This document shows, piece after piece, positions 8,995 through 18,059 of a stretch of DNA of 64,000 bases. The position numbers and the translations under genes were made by a program. The first letter of the stretch is position 1, and each line of letters begins with the position of its first letter. The notes beneath the pieces are model-generated. The model saw nothing but the letters and a program-made list of their open reading frames with translations. It did no database searches and was not told the origin of the DNA. This DNA comes from Opitutaceae bacterium (GTDB taxonomy: Bacteria > Verrucomicrobiota > Verrucomicrobiia > Opitutales > Opitutaceae). Where the stretch lies: positions 115,664 through 179,663 of the forward strand of contig JAQTYQ010000001.1 in the NCBI GenBank assembly GCA_028688225.1, in the 5' to 3' direction.

Positions 8995-10148
8995 GCGGTT
9001 TGCGGCCGGGATTCCGCCGGCGGCGCAGGTGGCAGCCGGCCTCCAGCCGCCGTGGCGGGAGCGGATGGGGCCAGTCCCTCGAGATCATTGAGGATCAGGT
9101 CCAGCGAGCGGGTGCGATCCATCCGCTGCAGATTCGCGCGGAATTTGCGCAGCAGCCAGTCATTGAAAATGACGTCGCACACCTCGCGATCAAGATCGGC
9201 CAGGTAGTGCTGGTCGACGACCACGGCGCCGCCCTGCTGTTCGAAAAAGCGTGCATTGGCCCACTGGTGGTTGTCGGCCGCCTGTGGAAAGGGCACCAGG
9301 ATGGCGGGGGTCGCGCAGCGGATGAGTTCAGCGATGGTGCCCGCCCCGGCCCGGGAGACAACCAGATCGGCCGCCGAGAGCAGCGTGGCCACGTCATCAC
9401 AGAATGGCATGAAGACCGCCTTCACCGTCTGGCCTGATTTGGCGCGCAGTGCGCGCACCTCATCGCCGCCCTTGCCCAGGCCGGTGACACAACAGACCTG
9501 GATGCCTTCGGCGGCGAGGCGGTCGAGGTGGCCGCGCACCCAGTGGTTCAGCGCCGAGGCGCCCTGGCTGCCGCCGAGGATGGCGAGGACTTTTTGCGAA
9601 GGATCAAAACCCAGACGGGCCTGCGCCGCCTCGCGCGGAAGCCGGACGATCTCATTGCGCACCGGCAATCCGACATGGCGCACCCGGGCCATGCGCACCC
9701 CCGCCATGCGCACGCCCGGGGGCAGATACAGGCGCTGCGCCAGCCCTCCCAGAAGCCGGATGGCGCGGCCGGGCACGCGGTTGGCCTCGTGCAGCGCCAC
9801 GGGCCGTCGGAACAGCGCGGCGACAACGATGAGGCCCGCCGTGGTAAAGCCGCCGAATCCCACGATCACGTCGGGCCGCCACGCGCGGATGATGTGCGCA
9901 CTGAAGCAAAACGCCGCCGTCTGCCGCCAGCAGAAACGCAGGAGGCCCAGGGGACGCAGCGTGAAAGGCGCACCGGGGATGCGCTCGAAACGAAGCTGCG
10001 GGTATTTCCCGATCAGGCGCGCATCGACCTGCTTGTGGCTGATCAGGAGGGTGGTCTCGTGACCGCGCGCATGGAGTCCCTCCGCCAGCGCAATTCCCGG
10101 CGAGAGGTGCCCGCCCGTGCCCCCGCAGGCGATGAGAAAACGGCTCAT
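8991..10148 (-). CDS. murG: Undecaprenyldiphospho-muramoylpentapeptide beta-N-acetylglucosaminyltransferase MurG
   Basis: N-terminal ACGGTGGHLSPG motif. ATGA overlap with murC::murB. Confidence 0.92.
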   Translation of the reverse strand: MSRFLIACGGTGGHLSPGIALAEGLHARGHETTLLISHKQVDARLIGKYPQLRFERIPGAPFTLRPLGLLRFCWRQTAAFCFSAHIIRAWRPDVIVGFGGFTTAGLIVVAALFRRPVALHEANRVPGRAIRLLGGLAQRLYLPPGVRMAGVRMARVRHVGLPVRNEIVRLPREAAQARLGFDPSQKVLAILGGSQGASALNHWVRGHLDRLAAEGIQVCCVTGLGKGGDEVRALRAKSGQTVKAVFMPFCDDVATLLSAADLVVSRAGAGTIAELIRCATPAILVPFPQAADNHQWANARFFEQQGGAVVVDQHYLADLDREVCDVIFNDWLLRKFRANLQRMDRTRSLDLILNDLEGLAPSAPATAAGGRLPPAPPAESRPQTA

Positions 10149-10191
10149 GCTGGAAATCCTTTCACCTTCCCGCCGTCCGACCGTCCGCCGC

Positions 10192-11352
10192 TCACGCCAT
10201 GACCTCCTTCAGGCTGCGCTCGCGGCGCATCAAGGCCGGCCGGGTCCATGCGCGCTGCGTGTTGAGGAAAATCCCGACCAGGATGCCCATCAGCAGCAGG
10301 TTTGATCCACCCGCGCTGATGAAGGGCAGCGACATGCCCTTGGTCGGCAGGCAGCCGGTGACGACCCCGAGATTGATGAGTGCCTGCAGGCTGATCAGCA
10401 GGAGGCTGCCCGCCACGAGCAGAAACTGGAAAAGGTTCGGCGCCTTGCGCAGGTGGATGAGCCCCGCCGTGAAGATCACCGCAAACAGCACCACCACCCC
10501 GATCGTGAACACCAGGCCCAGCTCCTCGCCGATGACCGCAAAAATGAAATCGGTGTGCACCTCGGGCAGAAAGCTGTTCTGCTGGCGGCCCTGGCCGAGG
10601 CCCACGCCGTTCACCCCGCCGGCCGCAAAGGCCAGGATCGCCTGCCAGAGCTGGTAGGTGCCGCTGCTTTTGTTGCCCTCCACATCGAGAAACGCCGTGA
10701 AGCGCGCCAGCCGGTTCGGATTGTGGAGCACCGCCAGTGTCAGGATGGCGACCGCGCCGGCAAACGACGAGACGAGGTAGCGCAACCGGCCGCCGGCGAG
10801 GAACAAAAGCGTGACGCCGATGGCAAACGTGAGCGCCGCCGTGCCGAAATCGGGCTCCAGCAGGATCAGGCCGGAGAACAGGCTGATCCAGAGCAGCGGC
10901 GCCACGAATCCGCGCGCGATCTCCTGGAGACGCGTCTGGTTGAGCGCCAGGTAATGCGCCAGACCGAAAATCATCGCCAGCTTGGCAAACTCCGAAATCT
11001 GCAGGCGCGCCGGCCCGAAACCGAGCCACCGGCGGCTGCCTTTCACCTCGATGCCGATGCCCGGAAGCAGGACCAGGGCAAGCCCCACGAGGCAGATGGC
11101 CGCGAACACCCAGACATGGCGCCGGGCGTCTTCGAGATCCATGCGGCTGACCACCCAGCAGGCCCCGGCGGCGAAGATGAACCAGATGAGCTGCTTCGTG
11201 AGGTAGAAAAACGGGTCGCTCTTGAGCGACACGCTCGCGCTGAACAGGACGGTGAGGCCGAGGATCGAGAGACTGAGGACGCAGACGAGAATGATGGTCG
11301 CGGGATTGATGGCCGTGACCCAGCGCGGTTTCTCAAACGATTCGGCAGGCAT
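10192..11352 (-). CDS. ftsW: Peptidoglycan glycosyltransferase FtsW (SEDS family)
   Basis: Polytopic membrane protein with SEDS-like motifs (GLGQGRQ, LPEVHTDFIFAVIGEELG). dcw position. Confidence 0.92.
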   Translation of the reverse strand: MPAESFEKPRWVTAINPATIILVCVLSLSILGLTVLFSASVSLKSDPFFYLTKQLIWFIFAAGACWVVSRMDLEDARRHVWVFAAICLVGLALVLLPGIGIEVKGSRRWLGFGPARLQISEFAKLAMIFGLAHYLALNQTRLQEIARGFVAPLLWISLFSGLILLEPDFGTAALTFAIGVTLLFLAGGRLRYLVSSFAGAVAILTLAVLHNPNRLARFTAFLDVEGNKSSGTYQLWQAILAFAAGGVNGVGLGQGRQQNSFLPEVHTDFIFAVIGEELGLVFTIGVVVLFAVIFTAGLIHLRKAPNLFQFLLVAGSLLLISLQALINLGVVTGCLPTKGMSLPFISAGGSNLLLMGILVGIFLNTQRAWTRPALMRRERSLKEVMA

Positions 11353-11470
11353 CTAGGGTGGAAGGTTGATCAACCTAATCTGCAGGGAAAGCGCCGCCCG
11401 GCATCTCCGGCCCCCCGTTCCGGGGGTGAGATGCCGGCTGTGCGCGGAATGGCACAACTGATGGGAAACC

Positions 11471-12514
11471 TTACGGTGATTCCGTCGCGCCGGTGTCATC
11501 GATCTTGATGACCGGCACGTCCCCCTGTGGCTTCAGGCCTGAGTCGAGATCCTGTCCCGGCGGCGGAGGAGGCGGTGTCGTCACCGCCGGCGTCGTGGCG
11601 TCGAGCGGCGTTGCCGGAGTGGCGGGCTGGGTCGCGATGGCCGCCGGGGCGGACTGGGGAGCCGGGGCGGCTCCACCGACGGCGGTGAAGCCCGGAATCA
11701 CGAGTTCCTGCCCCGGACGAATCTTCTTGGGATCGGCGATGTTATTGGCGACGGCGAGATCAGAGACCTTCACCTGATATTTCCGCGCGATGGCGCCGAG
11801 GGTCTCACCGGCCTTGACGACATGCGTCATGGCGCCTTCGGGCTTCTTGACCGGCGTGGCCACCGCCGGGCTGGCGGTTGTCTCGTCCATTTTCAGCGCG
11901 GCGGAGGTCGGCAACTTGAGCTCCTGACCGACGCGCACGTAGTCGCTCCTGAGACTGTTCGCCTGCTTCAACTCGGCGGTCGTGCTGCCCACCCGACGGG
12001 CGATGCTGGCGAGCGTGTCTCCGGGTTTGACCGTGTAGGTGGCCGCCATGCCGGGGTCGGCGCTTCCCGCGGCGCCGGCCGGAGCCTTGCCGGGAATGAT
12101 CAGCTTCTGGCCGACACTCAGCCGCGAATTGCTGGTCAGCTTGTTGGCTTTCTCCAGTTCGGCGACCGTGGTGCCGTGTTTTCTTGCGATCTTCCAGAGA
12201 CTATCGCCGGCGACCACGGTGTAGGTGGTGGCCGGAGTGACGTCGGCAGGCGGCGCGCTTTCCAGCGCAGCAGCGGCCGGCGTGCCGGGGCGGGTCGGAC
12301 TGTAGCGCACGCCCACCGGCGGAGGAATATTGACCGAGACCGCGGGCGCGAAATCGACGGACGCAGTGGCCGGACTGAGCCCTGACGGAGCGGCACTGGT
12401 GTCGGCTGGCGCGGGGCGCGGACTGCTGGAGCGGCAGCCGGGATTAACAAACATGAGAAAGAAGGCGACGACGTGGACAGCCACGACGATACCAAGGATC
12501 TTCAGGATATTCAT
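11471..12514 (-). CDS. Membrane-anchored protein with three LysM domains and Pro/Ala-rich linkers
   Basis: Three LysM repeats are present: YTVVAGDSLWKIARKHG...GQKLIIP, YTVKPGDTLASIARRVG...GQELKLP and HVVKAGETLGAIARKYQ...GQELVIP. There is an N-terminal transmembrane helix. Confidence 0.85.
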   Translation of the reverse strand: MNILKILGIVVAVHVVAFFLMFVNPGCRSSSPRPAPADTSAAPSGLSPATASVDFAPAVSVNIPPPVGVRYSPTRPGTPAAAALESAPPADVTPATTYTVVAGDSLWKIARKHGTTVAELEKANKLTSNSRLSVGQKLIIPGKAPAGAAGSADPGMAATYTVKPGDTLASIARRVGSTTAELKQANSLRSDYVRVGQELKLPTSAALKMDETTASPAVATPVKKPEGAMTHVVKAGETLGAIARKYQVKVSDLAVANNIADPKKIRPGQELVIPGFTAVGGAAPAPQSAPAAIATQPATPATPLDATTPAVTTPPPPPPGQDLDSGLKPQGDVPVIKIDDTGATESP

Positions 12515-12561
12515 GGGCAGTGGCGGTGTGCTGGATTATGGGCCGGTCAAAGGTGGAATGG

Positions 12562-13926
12562 CTACTGAAAAGTGGATGTTGGGCCCAGGTTGCTCACCAG
12601 TTTTTCAAACTGGTCACCACGGTCGGTATAACCGCGGAACATGTCAAAACTGGCAAAGGCCGGACTGAGGACAATATGGTCGCCCGGCCGCGCGGCGGCA
12701 TGGGCGCCTCGCACCGCCTCCTCCAGCGTGCCGCAGACGGTGTGCGGAATCCGGCTGGCGGCGCAATGGCCGGCCAGGGCGGTGCGGGTTTCGCCGATCA
12801 GCCAGGCGTGCTTGATCTTGCCGGCAATGCGCTGGATAAAGGCGGAAAGATCGCCGCCCTTGGATCTCCCGCCGGCGATGAGGTGCACCGGACCCGGGAA
12901 AGAGGCCAGCGCCGCCTCGACCGCGTGGAAGTTGGTCGCCTTGGAATCATTCCAGAAGGACACGCCGTGGAACTCGCCGATCCGGGTGAGCCGGTGCCGG
13001 CCCAGCTTGAAGGTGCGCGCGGCGGCGTAAAGATCCGCGACGGGACGGCCCTCGTGCCGCCACCAAGCCAGGGCCAGCAGGAAGTTCTCGCGTTGCGGAT
13101 AGTCGGCGAAAATGGTGCCCGCCAGTTGCGGATCAGGCGCGGCGCCCTCGCTGGGCACCCCGGCCCCCGGCGGCAGGTCCCGCCCGAATGCGCGGGCAAA
13201 ACGCTGGACGCTGGTTCCGGCGAACAGCGCGCCGGAGCGGGTGTGCGTGCACAGATTCCACTTCGCCGCGAAATAGGCTCCAAGATCCGGATGCCGTTCG
13301 AGATGATCCTCGGCAAAATTCGTCCACAGCGTGGCGTCCGCGCGGAAATGTTGCAGCGTCTCGGCCTGGAACGAGCTGACTTCGCAGACCGCAACCGTGT
13401 TCTCGCCCATGTCGCGCTGGCCGGTGATGAGATGACTGAAGGGGAAGCCGATGTTGCCCACCGCGTAGGCATCCCCGCCCGCGGCCGTGAGCGCATGGGT
13501 AAGAAACTCGGTCAGCGTGGTTTTGCCGTTCGTGCCGGTGACCGCCACCAGCCGGCCGGGCCAGAACAGCGATGCGAAATCGAGCTCGCCCAGGCAGGTG
13601 CAGCCGGCGGCCCGCGCCGTTTGCAGCCACGCATGCCGCGGGGCGAAGCCGGGACTAAAGACCACCAGCGGATGCCGCCGGGCCTCGGCCAGCGTGAAGT
13701 TCTGCGCCGTTCCGACACCCGGTTTTTCGTCGAAGACCTCCCCGTGAGTCCCGAGTTGCGCCAGCACCTCGCCCACGGCCAGACCGCTCCCTCCGCCGCC
13801 AAGGACGGCGACGGGACGCGCGAGCAGGGGCGCAAGGAAATCGGGCGGGACCAGGGTCATGGACGGGATGCGGTCAGCCGGAAGGCGCGATTCGACGGGA
13901 TCAGTGCATGGAGCGAAGGCGGGCAT
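12562..13926 (-). CDS. murD: UDP-N-acetylmuramoylalanine--D-glutamate ligase MurD
   Basis: Mur ligase P-loop GTNGKTT and dcw position. An alternative ATG at 13860 (MTLVPPDF) is equally plausible. Confidence 0.9.
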   Translation of the reverse strand: MPAFAPCTDPVESRLPADRIPSMTLVPPDFLAPLLARPVAVLGGGGSGLAVGEVLAQLGTHGEVFDEKPGVGTAQNFTLAEARRHPLVVFSPGFAPRHAWLQTARAAGCTCLGELDFASLFWPGRLVAVTGTNGKTTLTEFLTHALTAAGGDAYAVGNIGFPFSHLITGQRDMGENTVAVCEVSSFQAETLQHFRADATLWTNFAEDHLERHPDLGAYFAAKWNLCTHTRSGALFAGTSVQRFARAFGRDLPPGAGVPSEGAAPDPQLAGTIFADYPQRENFLLALAWWRHEGRPVADLYAAARTFKLGRHRLTRIGEFHGVSFWNDSKATNFHAVEAALASFPGPVHLIAGGRSKGGDLSAFIQRIAGKIKHAWLIGETRTALAGHCAASRIPHTVCGTLEEAVRGAHAAARPGDHIVLSPAFASFDMFRGYTDRGDQFEKLVSNLGPTSTFQ

Positions 13927-13935
13927 GGATCGTTC

Positions 13936-15048
13936 TCAACGGAGTTTGAGGGTTCCGAGGCCCGCCAGGGCGCACATGAGGGAGAGAATCCAGAAACGCA
14001 GCACCACCTTGGTCTCCGGCCAGCCGCGCTTTTGGAAATGGTGATGGATCGGCGCCATGAGGAAAAAGCGCCGCCCCTCGCCGGAGCGAGATTTGGTGAC
14101 CTTGAAGAAACCGATCTGGATGATGACCGACACCGCCTCCATCACGAACACGCCCCCGACAATGACCAGCGTGAGCGGCTGCTGCACCATGAAGGCCAGC
14201 ACGCCGAGCAGGCCGCCGATGGCCAGCGAGCCGGTGTCGCCCATGAAGACCTCGGCCGGATATGCGTTGTACCACAGAAAGGCCATGCCCGCCCCCACCA
14301 GCGCCCCGCAGATGACCGCCAGCTCGCCCGTGCCCGGCACGTAGCTGATGAGCAGATAGTCGGCGATCTTCGTGTTGCCCGCCGCGTAGGCCATGAGGCC
14401 GTAGACCAGCGCGACCGTGATCGTGCACCCGATCGCCAGTCCATCGAGCCCGTCGGTGAGGTTGATCGCGTTGCTGAAGCCCACCAGCCACAGAAACATC
14501 AGGATGAACAGCAGCGCCACGGGCATGCCGACGAGCACCGGGTGCTTCAGAAACGGCACCCAGAGCTCGGTGATCTTGGACGAACTCAGCGGATGCCAGA
14601 CGAGCAGCGTCAGGGCGACGACGGTGATCAGGGTCTGCCAGAGGATTTTTTCCGCCGAGGAGATGCCGTCGCGGCTTTTGCGCAGAACCTTCAGGTAGTC
14701 GTCGCGGAACCCCACTCCCGCGAGCGCGGCAAACACAAACATGCTCACCACCACCCAGATGTTGGGCTGCGCCCAGAGGAACGTGCTGCCGAAGACCGAG
14801 AAGAAGATCAGCAGGCCGCCCATGGTCGGGGTGTTCTTCTTGTCGAATCGCTGCGCCAGGTCGCCCGTGCGGTCGTCGTCGTAGTGCTGGCCGAACTTGA
14901 GCGCGCGGAGCTGCGCAATCAGCCAGGGAGCGATGACAAAGCCGATGAGCGCCGCCGTGCCGGAGGCCAGGAGCGTGCGCAGGGTGATGAACCGCAGCAG
15001 GCGCAGCGGACCGAACACGTCCTCGTACTGGGAGAGATAGCTCAGCAT
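13936..15048 (-). CDS. mraY: Phospho-N-acetylmuramoyl-pentapeptide transferase MraY
   Basis: Polytopic membrane protein with MraY motifs (NAINLTDGLDGLA, MGDTGSLAIGG, APIHHHF). Confidence 0.95.
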   Translation of the reverse strand: MLSYLSQYEDVFGPLRLLRFITLRTLLASGTAALIGFVIAPWLIAQLRALKFGQHYDDDRTGDLAQRFDKKNTPTMGGLLIFFSVFGSTFLWAQPNIWVVVSMFVFAALAGVGFRDDYLKVLRKSRDGISSAEKILWQTLITVVALTLLVWHPLSSSKITELWVPFLKHPVLVGMPVALLFILMFLWLVGFSNAINLTDGLDGLAIGCTITVALVYGLMAYAAGNTKIADYLLISYVPGTGELAVICGALVGAGMAFLWYNAYPAEVFMGDTGSLAIGGLLGVLAFMVQQPLTLVIVGGVFVMEAVSVIIQIGFFKVTKSRSGEGRRFFLMAPIHHHFQKRGWPETKVVLRFWILSLMCALAGLGTLKLR

Positions 15049-16454
15049 GTCACCGGTTCCAGCGGCGTAACCGCGGCCAGCGCCTTTTCAAGCTGATACC
15101 GGCGGCTCCCCTTCAGGAAGATCGCCCCGCGAAACCCGGCGAGAAACGCCGCCACCGCCGTCGCGTCCGCGACCACCTCGATCTGCGGCGCCGGGTTGCC
15201 GTTTTCCAGCAAGCCGGCGCGCAGCGCCGCAGCCTGGTCGCCGACGATGAACAGGCGGTCGCCGGGACGCAGGTGCACGGTGCGGCCGAGCTGCCGGTGA
15301 TAGTCGGCGGCCCGCGGCCCGAGCTCCTCCATGCAGCCGAGCACATAAGCGCGCGGCAGCCCGGCGGGTGCCAGCGACGCAAAATTCTCCAGCGCGTCCG
15401 CCATCGAGGCGGGATTGGCGTTGTAGAAGTCGAGATAGAGCAGCCGGCCGTCCTCCCGGCGCAGCTCGCCCCGCCACTTCACGGGCTGCCAGGCCGTCAG
15501 ACGCTCCTGGATGGCCGCCGGCGGCACGCCCAGCCAGAGCGCGGCGCAGATGGCGAGCACGGCGTTCTGCGCCATGCCGGCGGACACCCGCTGCATGGTG
15601 AAAACAAGCGGTGGCGGCGGTCCGTAGGCGATGGCCAGCGCGGTCGTATCCCCGCGCTGGGTGACGGCGAAATAGACCTTGTCCTTCGGCGGCTCGGCCG
15701 GCCGCACTCTGCTGGCCAGCAGAGCCGCCGGCTCGACGGTCAGCGTGCGCACGCTCAGATCGCGGAAGACGCTGAACTGCGCGCACTGGTGCGGGAAAAC
15801 AGCGACGCCGGCCGCACGCACCGCCGCGGGCAGCGCCGCCTTTTCGCGCGCGACGCCCTCGACATCGCCCAACTCCAGCAGGTGGGCGGGGGCCACCAGC
15901 GTGATGATCGCCAGATCGGGCTCGATCAGGCCGGCCAGCCGCTTCATCTCGCCGGGGGCGCTGATGCCGGCCTCGATGACCGCGTAGCGGTGCCGGACGG
16001 GATCGAGCCGGGTGAGCGTCAGGGGCACGCCGATGTGGTTGTTGAGATTGCCCTCGGTGGCGAGCACCGTGGGCGCCCCGCCCAGCAGCAGGGCGACGAG
16101 ATCCTTGGTCGAGGTCTTGCCCACGCTGCCGGAGATGCCGAGCACGGGACCGGGAAAAGCGTGGCGATGCTCGCCCGCGATGGCCTGCAGGGCGGCCAGC
16201 GGGTCTTCCACCACGAGCTGCGGCAGTGGCAAGGCGGCGTGGGCGCGGCTGACGATGGCGCCGGCGGCGCCGGCGGCCTGGGCGGCGGCGAGATACTCGT
16301 GCCCGTCGCGCCGGTCGGTCTTCAACGCCACAAAAAGCTGGTTTGGCCGGAGCGTGCGGGTGTCGTTGCTGAAGCCGGTGATGGGCGCGGCCGGCAGCGC
16401 GGTCCAGCGGCCGCGGGACCAGGTGGCAAGTTGACCTGGAGTAAACACCGGCAT
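15042..16454 (-). CDS. murF: UDP-N-acetylmuramoyl-tripeptide--D-alanyl-D-alanine ligase MurF
   Basis: Mur ligase fold (GISGSVGKTSTK). Overlaps the mraY start by 7 nt. Confidence 0.9.
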   Translation of the reverse strand: MPVFTPGQLATWSRGRWTALPAAPITGFSNDTRTLRPNQLFVALKTDRRDGHEYLAAAQAAGAAGAIVSRAHAALPLPQLVVEDPLAALQAIAGEHRHAFPGPVLGISGSVGKTSTKDLVALLLGGAPTVLATEGNLNNHIGVPLTLTRLDPVRHRYAVIEAGISAPGEMKRLAGLIEPDLAIITLVAPAHLLELGDVEGVAREKAALPAAVRAAGVAVFPHQCAQFSVFRDLSVRTLTVEPAALLASRVRPAEPPKDKVYFAVTQRGDTTALAIAYGPPPPLVFTMQRVSAGMAQNAVLAICAALWLGVPPAAIQERLTAWQPVKWRGELRREDGRLLYLDFYNANPASMADALENFASLAPAGLPRAYVLGCMEELGPRAADYHRQLGRTVHLRPGDRLFIVGDQAAALRAGLLENGNPAPQIEVVADATAVAAFLAGFRGAIFLKGSRRYQLEKALAAVTPLEPVTC

Positions 16455-16473
16455 CCCTAGATCCCCCGGAGAT

Positions 16474-17958
16474 TCATTCGGTTTTGATTCGTTTGACCGC
16501 GATCAACTCCCGGACGACCTGGCGGTCATCGAACGGGATGACCGTGTCGGCGAATTCCTGGTAGGATTCGTGGCCCTTGCCTGCGATCAGCAGACAGTCG
16601 CCGGGCCGGGCCGCGTCCAGGGCGAGGCTGATGGCCCGGCGGCGTTCATCGATGAAGGTGATTGTCTCGGGGACGCTGACACCCTGCCTCATGTCGGCAA
16701 AGATCCGGGCGAGGGGCTCGCTGCGCGGGTTGTCGGCCGTGGCCCAGGCGAAATCGGCCAGTTCCTGCACGGCGCGGGTCATGAGGGGACGCTTGGTGCG
16801 GTCGCGGTTGCCGCCGCAGCCGAAGACGACCAGCAGCCGGCCGGGCGTGACGGCGCGGAGCATGCCGAGGGCGTTGTGCAGCGCGTCGTCGGTGTGGGCA
16901 TAGTCCACCAGCACGTTGAAGGGCTGACCCTCCTCGATCGGCTCCATCCGGCCGGCGACGCTTTTGAATGAGCGGAGCTTGGGCAGAAGCACCGTCAGGT
17001 CGCGGCCGAGCGCGTGGCACGTCGCGAGTGCGGCCAGGAGATTGCTGACATTGTACCGGCCGATGAGCGGACTCTCCACCATGATGCTGCCGCCCGGCCA
17101 CACGAGCCGGAAGAGGGAGCGCTTGAACTCGAGGCCGACCGATTCCGCGCGCACGTCGGCATCGGGATGCTCCCCGAAGGTGGTCACCCTTACCTCCGGC
17201 GGCATCTTCGCCGCCAGCCGGCGGCCATAGGGATCGTCGAGGTTGATGATGGCGACCTGGGGCCGCACGCCGGTGCCGCCGGCAAACAGGCGCGCCTTGA
17301 CCTCGAAATAGGCGTCCAGCGTCCGGTGATAGTCGAGGTGGTCCCGCGTGAGGTTGGTGAAGACCACCGCGCGGAATTGCAGGCCGAGCACGCGCTTCTG
17401 GTCGATGCCGTGCGAGCTCACCTCCATGACCGCCTGGCGGCAGCCGGCGTCCCGCATCTGCGCGAGCATGCCAAAGAGGTCGAGCGATTCCGGCGTGGTC
17501 TTGTAGGACGGCACCGTGCGGGCCCCCAGGTCGTAGTTGACGGTGCCGATGAGACCGAGGCGCTGGTCGCCGTTGAGCAGATGCTTGATGAGGTGCGTGA
17601 CCGTGGTCTTGCCGTTTGTGCCCGTGACGCCCACGACCTCGAGCTCGCGATCGGGAAACCGGCAGTAACGCTGCGCCACGCGGGCGAGAGTCGCGCGGGC
17701 ATCCGCCACCTGGATGAAGGTGACCCGGCCGTGCGGCAGCCCGACCGGTTTCTGGGTGACCACGGCCACCGCGCCGCGATTGATGGCCTCGTCGATAAAG
17801 CCCGACCCGTCAGTCCGCAGACCCGGGAGGGCGAAAAACAGGTTGCCGGGCACGACGCGGCGGCTGTCCATCGTCAGGCCCGAGATCGGACGATCGAGGT
17901 CACCCTTGATGGCGACGATTTCGTCGGCGGGAAAATAGTCCTGGAGTTTGGGTGCCAT
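16474..17958 (-). CDS. murE: UDP-N-acetylmuramoyl-L-alanyl-D-glutamate--2,6-diaminopimelate ligase MurE
   Basis: Motifs DSRRVVPGNLFFAL, GVTGTNGKTT and a DNPR motif. I chose the ATG at 17958 (MAPKLQDYF). The ORF track extends to a GTG at 18063. Confidence 0.9.
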   Translation of the reverse strand: MAPKLQDYFPADEIVAIKGDLDRPISGLTMDSRRVVPGNLFFALPGLRTDGSGFIDEAINRGAVAVVTQKPVGLPHGRVTFIQVADARATLARVAQRYCRFPDRELEVVGVTGTNGKTTVTHLIKHLLNGDQRLGLIGTVNYDLGARTVPSYKTTPESLDLFGMLAQMRDAGCRQAVMEVSSHGIDQKRVLGLQFRAVVFTNLTRDHLDYHRTLDAYFEVKARLFAGGTGVRPQVAIINLDDPYGRRLAAKMPPEVRVTTFGEHPDADVRAESVGLEFKRSLFRLVWPGGSIMVESPLIGRYNVSNLLAALATCHALGRDLTVLLPKLRSFKSVAGRMEPIEEGQPFNVLVDYAHTDDALHNALGMLRAVTPGRLLVVFGCGGNRDRTKRPLMTRAVQELADFAWATADNPRSEPLARIFADMRQGVSVPETITFIDERRRAISLALDAARPGDCLLIAGKGHESYQEFADTVIPFDDRQVVRELIAVKRIKTE

Positions 17959-18059
17959 TTTGAAAATCCGGCGGCGGATTTGTCGGCCGCCAGCAGTGAG
18001 CCCGCCCGGTCGCGGGCGAAAGGCGTGGATGAGTGCGTGGTTTTGCGTGAGATAGGCGA

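Noticed and set aside
12520-15096. 858-aa plus-strand ORF
   Set aside because: It is antisense to murD and mraY. The composition is dominated by R/G/E/H/A with no motifs. It is a shadow ORF.
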